Shown here piece after piece: positions 35,457 through 44,612 of a DNA stretch of 58,132 nucleotides. A program made the translations under genes and the position numbers. Within the stretch, counting starts at the first letter, position 1; each line of letters starts with the position of its first letter. This DNA is from Candidatus Saccharimonadota bacterium (GTDB taxonomy: Bacteria; Patescibacteriota; Saccharimonadia; Saccharimonadales; OFTM59), in contig JAJDCK010000002.1 in NCBI GenBank assembly GCA_029260855.1, positions 1-58,132 on the forward strand, in the 5' to 3' direction. Below the pieces are notes generated by a model that saw nothing but the letters and a program-made list of their open reading frames with translations, ran no database searches and was not told where the DNA came from.

Positions 35457-36751
35457 ATGGACTCCTTCCCTCCCATGTATGGCTTTAAGACATCTGGAAC
35501 CCGTACTTGTCCGTCAACTATCTGGTAATTCTCTACTATGGCTGCCAAAATACGGCTCATAGCAAAAGCTGTTGCGTCATTCGTATGGACCAGCTCTGTT
35601 TCTCCGCTTTTGCGCCGGATGCGCGTCTTTAGATCGCGCGCTTGGTAATCAGTCATGTAGTCAGCGGTATGGGTCTCTATATATCTGTTTTGTCCCGGGA
35701 ACCAGCAGTTCAGGTCTACACCGCTGGCATTTGGCTTGCCTATATCAAATGTGCATTTCCGAATTAACTGATATGGAAGACCAAGTTTTTGAACCATGTA
35801 TTCTTGCAGCGCAATTAGTAACTTGTGTTCATCCTCCCCTGCTTCCTGTGTACTGAAAACTTCCATCTCAAGCTTATCGAACTGATGAAGACGAATAATA
35901 CCTTCAGAGTCTTTTCCGTAGGTGCCAGCCTCTCTGCGAAAACTCGTACTATACCCGATATAACGGATCGGAAACATATCTTCTGACAGAATCTCGTTCC
36001 AGTACATAGTACAAAGAGTATGTTCGGCGCTAGCGTTTAACCATAAATCATCGTCCGCGAGTTTATAGGTGACTTCCTCTGCGTTGAGTCTGGCTGATGC
36101 AGTATAGGGCTCTGACCGGAGCATCGCAGGCGGGAGTATAGGCGTGAACGGTTTAGCAGCAACATTTAGATTGTTTTGCTGGATAATCTGCATAAGAATC
36201 TGTTCGTCGCCAAGAATATCCATTACGAATTGAATAAGCGCAAACTGCAAGCGAACCAAGCCCCCTTTTATATAAGCAAAACGGTTGCCGGCAATTTTTG
36301 CAGCGCGTTCTTTATCTACCAAGTCGCGGGGCTCGGCGATTTCCCAGTGCGGCCTAGGCTGAAACTCAAACTGCGGCTTATCTCCCCACTCTTTTTCAAC
36401 TACGTTTTCGTCTTCGCTGGCACCAACCGGCACATCATCTGCTGGCATGTTCGGGACCTGCTTAAGCAGCGCAATAAACTCTTGGTCTATTGAGTTTAAT
36501 TTATGTTCAAGGTCGGCCAGCTGATCTTTAATATCCCTGCCTTGGGCCATTTGTTCTTCGTCGGGGCGCTGCCCTTTGATATGTTCGCTTAGTTTGTTAC
36601 GCTGACGGCGTAAACCTTCAACTTGTACCAAAAGTTCTCGGCGCTTGGCGTCAAAACCAAGCAGCTGATCTATATCAACATCATAGCCTTTTTGCTTAGA
36701 CTTTTCTTTAACAAGTGCGGCATTCTCACGAATAAACTGAATATCTAACAT
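35453..36751 (-). CDS. serS: Serine--tRNA ligase
   Basis: MLDIQFIREN, ASAEH, FRREAG..GKD..GIIRLHQFDKLE, DYQAR, HTND.TAFA..R. Confidence 0.97.
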   Translation of the reverse strand: MLDIQFIRENAALVKEKSKQKGYDVDIDQLLGFDAKRRELLVQVEGLRRQRNKLSEHIKGQRPDEEQMAQGRDIKDQLADLEHKLNSIDQEFIALLKQVPNMPADDVPVGASEDENVVEKEWGDKPQFEFQPRPHWEIAEPRDLVDKERAAKIAGNRFAYIKGGLVRLQFALIQFVMDILGDEQILMQIIQQNNLNVAAKPFTPILPPAMLRSEPYTASARLNAEEVTYKLADDDLWLNASAEHTLCTMYWNEILSEDMFPIRYIGYSTSFRREAGTYGKDSEGIIRLHQFDKLEMEVFSTQEAGEDEHKLLIALQEYMVQKLGLPYQLIRKCTFDIGKPNASGVDLNCWFPGQNRYIETHTADYMTDYQARDLKTRIRRKSGETELVHTNDATAFAMSRILAAIVENYQIVDGQVRVPDVLKPYMGGKESI

Positions 36752-36765
36752 AGGGTTATTATACC

Positions 36766-37578
36766 CTAGGTTTTCAGTTTATTTAGAGCTTGTTTTACGG
36801 TTATGTCTTTTTTATCAAGGTGCTCTAAGGTGTCAATCGTGCGTTGTTTGGCATATGTACAAAAGTCGCACTCGCCACCCATGGCAGCTGTGCCAACCGG
36901 CGGCATTTCACCTTCCAGGCAAACCTTCATTCTATGAAGGGCGTTTTCAACCCAATCCGCATCACCTGTGTATGGAATAATTTTAGTCCGAAATTCTACG
37001 CGATTATTAAAACTGTCCAGATCTAGGCGGCCGTTGGCGTAGACAAAATAGCCCGTATCGTTCACTTGAAAACCGTTTTGTCTGAGTAGCCATTGATATA
37101 TTTCCATTTGGCGCTTATAGCTAATCTGCCAATCCGCATCAAGAGTAATTTCGCTTTGTTTGGCAGTTGCTTTATAGTCCACCACCATTAATTCGCCATC
37201 ATCATTTACCCATATATCGTCCACAGCCCCAAACACATATAAGTTAGTTGCTTCATGCAAGGTAGCTACACCGGTGAAGTTTGTACGCCATGTGTTGAGG
37301 TTGTCGTGCGCAAACGGAATAGCCTGCACGCCGAATTCAAGCATGATCGGGTGCGGCTTACCCTTTAGGCGGTAGCTATCAAATTCTTTTTTTAGTAGTT
37401 CGTCAATCGCTTTGTTGATCTGAAACGGCGGTCCGCTAGGTCGCGATAGTTTCATACGAGCGTCCAGCCAAAAACAGCGAGGACACTGCATAAAAAGTTC
37501 AATCTTGCTGCGACTGATCTTAAAGGCGCTTTTTTGGCCGGTCTTGTATGGTTGGCTTCGTGTTCTGCTGTAGCTCAT
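36766..37578 (-). CDS. PD-(D/E)XK (RecB/Cas4-like) nuclease with four cysteines
   Basis: CPRC near the N-terminus, GAVDD, VVDYK, QMEIY, C-terminal CDFC. Confidence 0.85.
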   Translation of the reverse strand: MSYSRTRSQPYKTGQKSAFKISRSKIELFMQCPRCFWLDARMKLSRPSGPPFQINKAIDELLKKEFDSYRLKGKPHPIMLEFGVQAIPFAHDNLNTWRTNFTGVATLHEATNLYVFGAVDDIWVNDDGELMVVDYKATAKQSEITLDADWQISYKRQMEIYQWLLRQNGFQVNDTGYFVYANGRLDLDSFNNRVEFRTKIIPYTGDADWVENALHRMKVCLEGEMPPVGTAAMGGECDFCTYAKQRTIDTLEHLDKKDITVKQALNKLKT

Positions 37579-37598
37579 GCTGGTATATTGTAGCAGCT

Positions 37599-37752
37599 AA
37601 TCCGTGGCCTAAGGGAGGCTAGCAGCGCATCACGGTTTCGACTGATTTAGTTTCTATATATTGTCGCGAGTTCGATGAGCAGGGTCGGCACCCCTTAGTT
37701 TGTCATGTAGTCAGCCTTCAAATTCGCCTGGCATGGAATGCGAAATCGGATT
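37599..37752 (+). ncRNA. Candidate structured ncRNA (6S RNA-like rod)
   Basis: Nested helices AATCCG/CGGATT, GGAGGCT/AGCCTTC, GATGAGC/GTTTGTC, GGGT-CGGC-ACCC. TGgTATATT (37581-37589) just upstream on +. No ORF. Strand is inferred. Confidence 0.4.
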
Positions 37753-37774
37753 TATGATCATTAATACTTACCGC

Positions 37775-38461
37775 TTAATTTATTAATTGCATTACAGCAG
37801 TGACGCAAGCAGTTTCGGCACGTAGGGTAAAATCGTGAAGGCTGAGTTGCGTGAGGTGGTGATCCTTGAACAGTTGCTTTTCTGAGTCAGACCAACCACC
37901 CTCTGGACCTATTAAAATACCGGCATTATCCATGTCCGTCCTTGTATTAGATTCGGTCTGCTCACACACAAGCAGAGGCACTCGTCCATCAAAATGCGTA
38001 ACTGCCGTTTCTACTTGCATGGGCTCACGAACCGCAGGTATGTCGCTGCGGCCACATTGTTCGGCAGCTTCTATCACAATTTTCTCTGCCCGTTCGAGGT
38101 TAAAGCCAGTCTTTTCGGAACGCTCCGCCAATAACGGCATAAAGTGGCTAGCTCCTAGCTCCGTACATTTTTGCAAAACCCAATCGTTTTTGTCTTTTTT
38201 GAGTAGCGACCATAACAAATAAATTTCTTTGCTCGGTACCTTGCGTTCAAAATCAGTAATTAGCTGCAAGTGTGCTTCACGTTCATTTATCTCAATTAAT
38301 TTGTATAGCCGATCATGTGTTGTGCCGTCAAATAACACAAGCTCTTGTCCGGGTGCCATGCGTAGAACCCGACGCCATTGATTAACTAGGCGAGCATCGT
38401 GCACCCAAAAATCATGCTTAAGCTCTATTTCGCTGCCTGTATAAAATCTATGAATTCGCAT
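37775..38461 (-). CDS. rsmE: 16S rRNA m3U1498 methyltransferase
   Basis: VLRM..G, LQKCTELG, EAAEQCGR..IP, IGPEGGW, LRAETA. Confidence 0.95.
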   Translation of the reverse strand: MRIHRFYTGSEIELKHDFWVHDARLVNQWRRVLRMAPGQELVLFDGTTHDRLYKLIEINEREAHLQLITDFERKVPSKEIYLLWSLLKKDKNDWVLQKCTELGASHFMPLLAERSEKTGFNLERAEKIVIEAAEQCGRSDIPAVREPMQVETAVTHFDGRVPLLVCEQTESNTRTDMDNAGILIGPEGGWSDSEKQLFKDHHLTQLSLHDFTLRAETACVTAVMQLIN

Positions 38462-40364
38462 GATGTGGTCGATACATCTTATTTGTGGTGGCCAATTTGT
38501 ATGACAAGTGCTTAGCGTTGTGCCTGGCCATTATGATAATAGTTCCTGAGGCTCCAAAGGCTCCTATAAACGAAGCGCCCGCCGCCATAGCAAAGGGCAC
38601 GTCCCTAACATCATGACCCGCCACTATACCCTCTTTCGCAGCAGCTAAGTAACTATTCACCAAACGATGGGCAGGATATGCGTCTTTGACTGCTTCAAAT
38701 TCTCGGATCGCTTTACTGAATCGGTTTTCTGAAAATAGCTGCAGGCCGTGCTCCCAACTGTTTTGTGTGGTACCACCTCGACCTAAAACAACATCGTTCT
38801 CGTGCGCCAAATCTTCTAAGTCCGCAATGTCGCGTATGTAGCTTTTTGCGGCATCGCTTGCTTCTTCGTTCTTGTAACGATATGTAAGTAACCCTAGCGC
38901 CTCTCCTGCTTCGTCAATTACAGGACCGCCGCTATTGCCCTGGGACGCATCAGCATCAGACTGAAACAGCCTATACCGACTACCAGCTGCCACACGTATC
39001 GCACTAATAGAGCCGTTTGTAGCCGTCACACTCAAGCTCTTGTTATCGGTCAGAATATTGTCTGCGTCACCCGGAAATCCGATAACGGTTATCTTCATGT
39101 TTTGTGTTACTTGGCCGTCGTATATCTTCAAATAGGGGGTGTTGTTGGCGTCTATCTTAATCAGCGCCACATCGCTAGTCGAGAAGCCTTCTTCGTTACC
39201 GGAGGCTAAGACAAAAAGGTCTTTTGGAGAATAGTCTATCCCTGTAAGGCTTGCCCGTTTCACCGTATCTGTATCTTTAAGGTGTAGCAAGTTTTTGACA
39301 TCTTGCTCTGAGTCAATAGCTAAAGCCCGCCCGCCAAGTGAAACAAGTAGCACGCTATGTTTGTTGTTTAACCTTATGGTGTTATTAGGGATATCGTACA
39401 AACCCGCAATAACAGCCGCCAAAAGCTCAGGCCTATCGCGCATAGCTGCCACCTGGTTTTCGCTTAACCCCATATATTTTAAGAAGTTACTAAGTGACAC
39501 CGGGTTGTTCAGCAACAAATCCACCAACACCTCCTCTGCCTCACGGGCTACAACATGACCGCTGGTCGCAATATAGCCCTCAGACGATACAAAAAACCCT
39601 GATCCAGCCGATGCATCACAACGCTCACCGCCTACTTCTTGATTATCAACAACAAGTGTCCCACAAGTAACACGATAAATTTTTACAACTGCTGGTGATA
39701 CCGAGTCAGCTACATAGCTTGCTGGCACAGTTTGTTTGGCAGCAAGCACACGTCCATTTGGTGCAAACGATAGCGTGTTTAATACGGCTTGAAAAGTTGC
39801 TGGCATCATATTTTTTGCTTGTAAGCCTTCTAGTTTCAGCGAAATCGGCATAGTCCTGTTTTGTCCGTCCCATTCAATTGAATAAACCTTGTAGTTTTTA
39901 TTGCCCAGCACAACAGATTGCTCATAGATATTCTTTCTAAAACCTACACCTGCAATTTGATCGTCAGAACTACTCAACAGAACTTTCCTTGGGGCTAAAT
40001 TGTTAGCTGACGCTTGGCTGGGTCGAGGTTGAATCGTGAGGCGTACGCTGGCCTGGGCTAAATCACTCGTCTGCCCCGGGCTAAGTTGCACATAATCTGC
40101 ACGACTCATGATACTAAGCCGGTTCGGGTCATACGCAAACGAAACCCAGTCCGACGAAAAAGGCGCCGTCGCAGCGTTAATTGTGCTTACTACTGATAAA
40201 ACCTCGTGTGTCTGCCCGGTTGGTAGCGTGCCAAGCGTTAACCCCAGAATTCCCACAAAAACCAACCAGGCTGCAATAACCAAAAGGCTAAGATGTCTGA
40301 CTAAATATGGTTTGTGATGATAGCGTGTCTTGAGGTTATTGGCCTGAGTTTTGTGCCCATCCAT
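38448..40364 (-). CDS. Membrane-anchored trypsin-like (S1) serine protease
   Basis: N-terminal TM, GSGFFVS...ATSGHVV (His), DVALIK (Asp), GNSGGP (Ser), TPR-like helices, C-terminal TM. Confidence 0.88.
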   Translation of the reverse strand: MDGHKTQANNLKTRYHHKPYLVRHLSLLVIAAWLVFVGILGLTLGTLPTGQTHEVLSVVSTINAATAPFSSDWVSFAYDPNRLSIMSRADYVQLSPGQTSDLAQASVRLTIQPRPSQASANNLAPRKVLLSSSDDQIAGVGFRKNIYEQSVVLGNKNYKVYSIEWDGQNRTMPISLKLEGLQAKNMMPATFQAVLNTLSFAPNGRVLAAKQTVPASYVADSVSPAVVKIYRVTCGTLVVDNQEVGGERCDASAGSGFFVSSEGYIATSGHVVAREAEEVLVDLLLNNPVSLSNFLKYMGLSENQVAAMRDRPELLAAVIAGLYDIPNNTIRLNNKHSVLLVSLGGRALAIDSEQDVKNLLHLKDTDTVKRASLTGIDYSPKDLFVLASGNEEGFSTSDVALIKIDANNTPYLKIYDGQVTQNMKITVIGFPGDADNILTDNKSLSVTATNGSISAIRVAAGSRYRLFQSDADASQGNSGGPVIDEAGEALGLLTYRYKNEEASDAAKSYIRDIADLEDLAHENDVVLGRGGTTQNSWEHGLQLFSENRFSKAIREFEAVKDAYPAHRLVNSYLAAAKEGIVAGHDVRDVPFAMAAGASFIGAFGASGTIIIMARHNAKHLSYKLATTNKMYRPHHANS

Positions 40365-40375
40365 ATCACTAGGAT

Positions 40376-41242
40376 TTAGGCGGCGAAACCAGCTATAGCA
40401 ATAGCAATAAATACAAACTGGGCTAACACTACAGTGACCACGTAGTTTCGTTCAACGAATTCATAATCATTTGATTGGCCGGTGCGCTTATTAGAGCGCC
40501 TGAGGTTAGACAAGACCAGCAAAAACCCTACCAGCAACGCTAAATCAAGCGCATAAACATACCAAGGGAAACGAATCATTCCGTAAAGCATTGTCCCAAA
40601 GAGTGAGACAAATATAGCGGACATTGCCGCCAAACCACTTACAAGCGACAGCCAGTAGTGTGCGGTTGTGCTTGTCCCTGCTTTTTGGTTCTGCCTTTCA
40701 CTTAACCAAGCAAAAACCATCGCTGACACCATAAATCCGCCAGCCATCTTAAGTGTAGCTATGTCCTCTACGCCGCTTACTATAGCAGCGATTTTAACCA
40801 TGATAGCCCCCGTAATCGCCAGCATCACCCATCGCCACAGATAAACGCGCCCAGCCTGAGCCCGCTCGTAACTAGCGCGCCAACGCGACAACACCAATGC
40901 GCTATATACTACACTAACAACAATCATTGATATAAGCAGCCATCTGACATCAAAATCAAGCAATATTTTTTCCGCAGGAACAAAAACAGTTTGAGATTCG
41001 CTTAAGAGCGCATCTTTTGTAACAAAGCTCAGCGAAAGAGCATAGTAAACCGGCTTAACCATTAGTAACACTATTGCAGCCAACACAGCCTGTAACACTA
41101 AGTTCGCCTTGTGCAAGATTCTAGTCTTCACAACAGTTGAGCTGTTTGCGGTTTTAGGGGTTACGTTTTTCTTGATTGTCTTGCTTGCTTTGGATTTTTT
41201 ACTCGCAGCGACTTTAGAAATAGTAGTCTTCTTTTTAACCAT
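40376..41242 (-). CDS. Heliorhodopsin-like 7-TM protein lacking the retinal-binding lysine
   Basis: Matches HeR motifs: Y.....G...WRWV, M....A..SG..DI..L, FAWLSE, W....G, P..VY, ERNYVVTVVLAQ (vs ERAYIVLSLVAK). Lys-rich cytoplasmic N-terminus. Confidence 0.8.
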   Translation of the reverse strand: MVKKKTTISKVAASKKSKASKTIKKNVTPKTANSSTVVKTRILHKANLVLQAVLAAIVLLMVKPVYYALSLSFVTKDALLSESQTVFVPAEKILLDFDVRWLLISMIVVSVVYSALVLSRWRASYERAQAGRVYLWRWVMLAITGAIMVKIAAIVSGVEDIATLKMAGGFMVSAMVFAWLSERQNQKAGTSTTAHYWLSLVSGLAAMSAIFVSLFGTMLYGMIRFPWYVYALDLALLVGFLLVLSNLRRSNKRTGQSNDYEFVERNYVVTVVLAQFVFIAIAIAGFAA

Positions 41243-41271
41243 AAAAAGACTATATCATGAATCTTCTAAGA

Positions 41272-41775
41272 TTAAATGTCTTTATACGGAATATGGCACA
41301 TTCCTTGGCCGGTTTTTTCGGTGTATTTTTGGTGGTATTCCTCGGCTTTATAAAAACGGACGGCCGGCACAATCTGAGTAACTATAGGTATTTTGGTTAG
41401 CGCTTGAAGCTCATCCTTAACCCTTTCTGCCACGAGCTTTTGTTCATCGTCAAAATAAAATATAGTTGACCTGTATTGATCACCTACGTCCGGGCCTTGG
41501 CGATTTAACTGCGTAGGGTCATGCATTCTAAAAAAGTGTCTGACCAAAACCTCATAGCTAACTGTTTCAGGGTCAAATTCAATCTCTAACACCTCTGCAT
41601 GACCTGTCGTATGGCCGCATACTTGTTCATAAGTTGGGTTTTCTACATGCCCGCCGGCGTAGCCTGCAGTTGTTTTAGCGACTCCGGGCACTTGGTCAAA
41701 ATAAAATTGTACCCCCCAGAAACATCCAGCTGCGAAAATCGCCCTACTCAGATAGCTACTCGCTAACTTTGACAT
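41272..41775 (-). CDS. msrA: Peptide methionine sulfoxide reductase A
   Basis: GCFWG, GYAGG, PTYEQVC, GHAE, HDPT..NRQG.D.G.QYRS, AEEYHQKY. Confidence 0.96.
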   Translation of the reverse strand: MSKLASSYLSRAIFAAGCFWGVQFYFDQVPGVAKTTAGYAGGHVENPTYEQVCGHTTGHAEVLEIEFDPETVSYEVLVRHFFRMHDPTQLNRQGPDVGDQYRSTIFYFDDEQKLVAERVKDELQALTKIPIVTQIVPAVRFYKAEEYHQKYTEKTGQGMCHIPYKDI

Positions 41776-42058
41776 CGCGCCAAAAAGCTACATAATCCGA
41801 AAAGTCTTTTTTGACTTTTTCTATAGCACCAGGGAGTGGAGCGGGATATGACCAGGCGTCATCCTGGCTTATATCATCGCCTCGCCCAACATTGAAGTAC
41901 TGGCAGACACCTTTCCAGGGACAAGTGTAGGGTGTGTCGCTTTTTTGTAATAAATCTTGGTTAACTGAACCTGGAGGAAAATACCAGTTGCCTTCAATAT
42001 AAATTAAATCTTCTTTTGGCGCCTCCGCTATAACTTTGTCGTTCCAGGTCGCTTTCAT
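41756..42058 (-). CDS. DUF427 domain protein
   Basis: EGNWYFPP, CPWKG...YF, AWSY. Confidence 0.88.
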   Translation of the reverse strand: MKATWNDKVIAEAPKEDLIYIEGNWYFPPGSVNQDLLQKSDTPYTCPWKGVCQYFNVGRGDDISQDDAWSYPAPLPGAIEKVKKDFSDYVAFWRDVKVSE

Positions 42059-42096
42059 AGTTACCCCCTCGCTTTATAGATGCCTGTATTGTATCA

Positions 42097-43632
42097 CTAA
42101 ACTTCTAGCCGAAGTCGCTTGAGCAGCCATTCTCTAGGCAAAATACTCAAGAACCAACCGGCGCGCGGTCCAGAATCTTTTCCAATGATGGCCCGGTAAA
42201 GTATCGTGAAAAGCTCTTTTGGAGCCAATTCGGTGCTGTCTTTGAGTTCATAAACCACATTGTGGAACCAGCCCCCATCCGCGCCTTCAGGTGCTTGAGC
42301 TATTTTTTCAGCGAGTTGAAGCAAATATTGACGCTCTTTGTCATTGAATTCATTAATATTTAATTCTTCTTTTAAGTTGAATTTCACGTCTTCCGGCGCA
42401 CGCTTTTCCAGCCATGCATCAATAAATTCAAGCTCGTGTTTTATTACCTCTTCCTCCGAAACAGCTACATCCGCATATTCTGTACGCTTAATGACATCCA
42501 GGGTTTTATCAATATTTTTTAATGACGCCTGGTAGCTCGCCACAAGATGAGAGAATGGCACCCGTGATACACTGCGTCGCTCGTCATTGCCACGTGTGGC
42601 TAGATACCAAAGCTGTTGTTCTGATTCGCTCCTATCAGACTGAGCAGCAAATGCGGCAAACTCATCCATCAGCTGAACAACTCCGTTAACCGGGTCAAAA
42701 TATAATCTTTTAAGCGGTGGAGCTTTGAGGATAAAATAGCGAACTACCTCGGGCGGCATGATTTTTGACCCCTCTACTGCATCCAGGCCAGTTCCCTTGC
42801 TGGCGCTCATTTTCTTGGTGTCACCGACCATATTTATGAAATCATAGGAAACCGGATATGGTGGCTCTGCTTCATAGACATCCCGCACAATCTGAACACC
42901 AGTATCATAGGAGCTGCCTTTGGTCATATGATCGCGTCCAGAAGGCTCAACATGCACACTCTGAAGCCACCAACGGCCCGGCCAGTCCAGTCGCCAATCC
43001 AGCTTCACTTCACCGCGCGCATAACTTACAATTCGACTATCGCCTTTTACGTCTTCGTACTGAATAGTTTTCTGAGCCGTATCAATGCCGATAAATTTAC
43101 GTTTTTTCAGGCGCCCGTTTTCCAGTACTTGAATCGGTGACCAATTTTCATCCAGCTTGCGTCCGGCTACTGTTTCTAGTGAGTGGCGAGCACTATCAAT
43201 CCGCTCAAGTGAACGTTCAATCGCTGGCACGTAGAATCCTTCCCGATATTTTTTATGTGCACGGATATACTCAACTTCGATGCCTAGCGCCTTGCAGCCA
43301 TCAACCAGTGTTTGCAAAAAATAATCAGCATAGGATTGATCCGAGCCGTCCGGTGCCGGCACATCACATAACGGGTATCCTAAATACTTTTCAAACTCGG
43401 GTGGGACATTGACTGGTATTTTGCGTAAGCCATCAAAGTCATCAACAAAATAAATATGGCGGGCTTTTCGGCCCCTCCTCCTTAGTTCTAGCAATATCGC
43501 ATCAGCCGTCACCATCTCGCGCATGTGACCGATATGATAAGTGCCAGAGGGGGTGCCGCCGGATTCAATTAATATCTCGCCTTCCGGGTGACGAGCAATT
43601 ACATCATCAGCTATCTGGTTAATCCACTGCAT
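42097..43632 (-). CDS. lysS: Lysine--tRNA ligase, class I
   Basis: HIGH motif (PSGTYHIGH), KLDWRLDWP.RW, KMSASKG, DSGPRAG. Confidence 0.95.
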   Translation of the reverse strand: MQWINQIADDVIARHPEGEILIESGGTPSGTYHIGHMREMVTADAILLELRRRGRKARHIYFVDDFDGLRKIPVNVPPEFEKYLGYPLCDVPAPDGSDQSYADYFLQTLVDGCKALGIEVEYIRAHKKYREGFYVPAIERSLERIDSARHSLETVAGRKLDENWSPIQVLENGRLKKRKFIGIDTAQKTIQYEDVKGDSRIVSYARGEVKLDWRLDWPGRWWLQSVHVEPSGRDHMTKGSSYDTGVQIVRDVYEAEPPYPVSYDFINMVGDTKKMSASKGTGLDAVEGSKIMPPEVVRYFILKAPPLKRLYFDPVNGVVQLMDEFAAFAAQSDRSESEQQLWYLATRGNDERRSVSRVPFSHLVASYQASLKNIDKTLDVIKRTEYADVAVSEEEVIKHELEFIDAWLEKRAPEDVKFNLKEELNINEFNDKERQYLLQLAEKIAQAPEGADGGWFHNVVYELKDSTELAPKELFTILYRAIIGKDSGPRAGWFLSILPREWLLKRLRLEV

Positions 43633-43777
43633 ACCGCTTAGTATCTGATATGTTTCATCTTACGGCAAGCTTTCAGGATCCGATTGTTGGAATTTCTGCA
43701 AATTGTTGGGCCATACCATTGATCAAGTCGCACTCAGCTTTCTGATGGTTCTTGTGGTTGGCGGTATAATACTTGGT

Positions 43778-44611
43778 TCAATTCGCAGCGCAATGTTCTT
43801 TAATTTCACATAGCACGTCTTCGTGTACGAGACCATTACTGGCAAGAGCCCCGTAATTGCCTGCAGGAGAAATCTTAATATCCTGCCCCTTTAGGTCTGT
43901 AACCCTGCCGCCAGCTTGTCTCACGATTATAATGCCAGCAGCAATATCGTGTGCATTGTGCCCTGGGAAAGCCGAGAAACCTAACAAACCATCAGCAACG
44001 CGGCAAAACTGTAGAGCTATTGAGCCCATGTATGTATTGTTAGCACTGGCCCGAAATTTCTTAGAAAGATACTGAAGATCGGGCTCAGCCCCTTGCCAGT
44101 GCATTGCACCATACTTGGTGTTCAGATGTGAGCCGTCTCGATTTACTCCTTTGATTACCTCGTTATTAAGTCTGGTAGGCTGCCCTTGCTCCGCGACGTA
44201 TAATTTGTTGAGTCTTGGAGCAAGCACAACCCCAAACACAACCACTCCCTGTACACTCAGGGCTAACGAAAAAGTAAACTCTTCATTATTCGGACTAGTT
44301 TCGCCAATAAAGTACCTTGTGCCGTCTATGGGGTCAACCACCCATAACACTTCGGCGTTTGGGTCCACAGACTGCTCCTCTCCCAGCACACCGTGGGACG
44401 GAAATTGGAGCTTGACTGCGTCAATCAGCCACTTGTTCACAAGCTTGTCGGTCGTAGTTACGTCGGTGCCATCCGCCTTCTTCACAATGTCATAATCACC
44501 TTGGGTCTGAGCTCGTAGCAGCTCCTGGCCCGCTCGTTCAGCAAACTCAACTCCAAAATCACAGACTTCGCGGCGGCCCACCGAGTCAAGGACGCTACGG
44601 GGAATAGACAT
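43778..44611 (-). CDS. Inositol monophosphatase family protein
   Basis: VTTTD, LGEE, WVVDPIDGT, GSIAL, HDIAAG. Confidence 0.9.
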   Translation of the reverse strand: MSIPRSVLDSVGRREVCDFGVEFAERAGQELLRAQTQGDYDIVKKADGTDVTTTDKLVNKWLIDAVKLQFPSHGVLGEEQSVDPNAEVLWVVDPIDGTRYFIGETSPNNEEFTFSLALSVQGVVVFGVVLAPRLNKLYVAEQGQPTRLNNEVIKGVNRDGSHLNTKYGAMHWQGAEPDLQYLSKKFRASANNTYMGSIALQFCRVADGLLGFSAFPGHNAHDIAAGIIIVRQAGGRVTDLKGQDIKISPAGNYGALASNGLVHEDVLCEIKEHCAAN

Positions 44612-44612
44612 A

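Noticed and set aside
37620-37645. ACGGTTTCGAC resembling the tmRNA 5' end
   Set aside because: No GGGG acceptor stem, no 3' T-arm/CCA, and the gap is under 200 nt. Kept only as an unidentified ncRNA candidate.
36766-37775. CRISPR-Cas locus suggested by the Cas4-like gene
   Set aside because: No repeat-spacer array and no other cas genes in the window.
43673-43780. 34 open codons after the IMPase TGA (possible read-through or UGA recoding)
   Set aside because: An open run of this length is common by chance. Many conserved genes here end in TGA at their expected length and none has an internal TGA, so code 11 holds.
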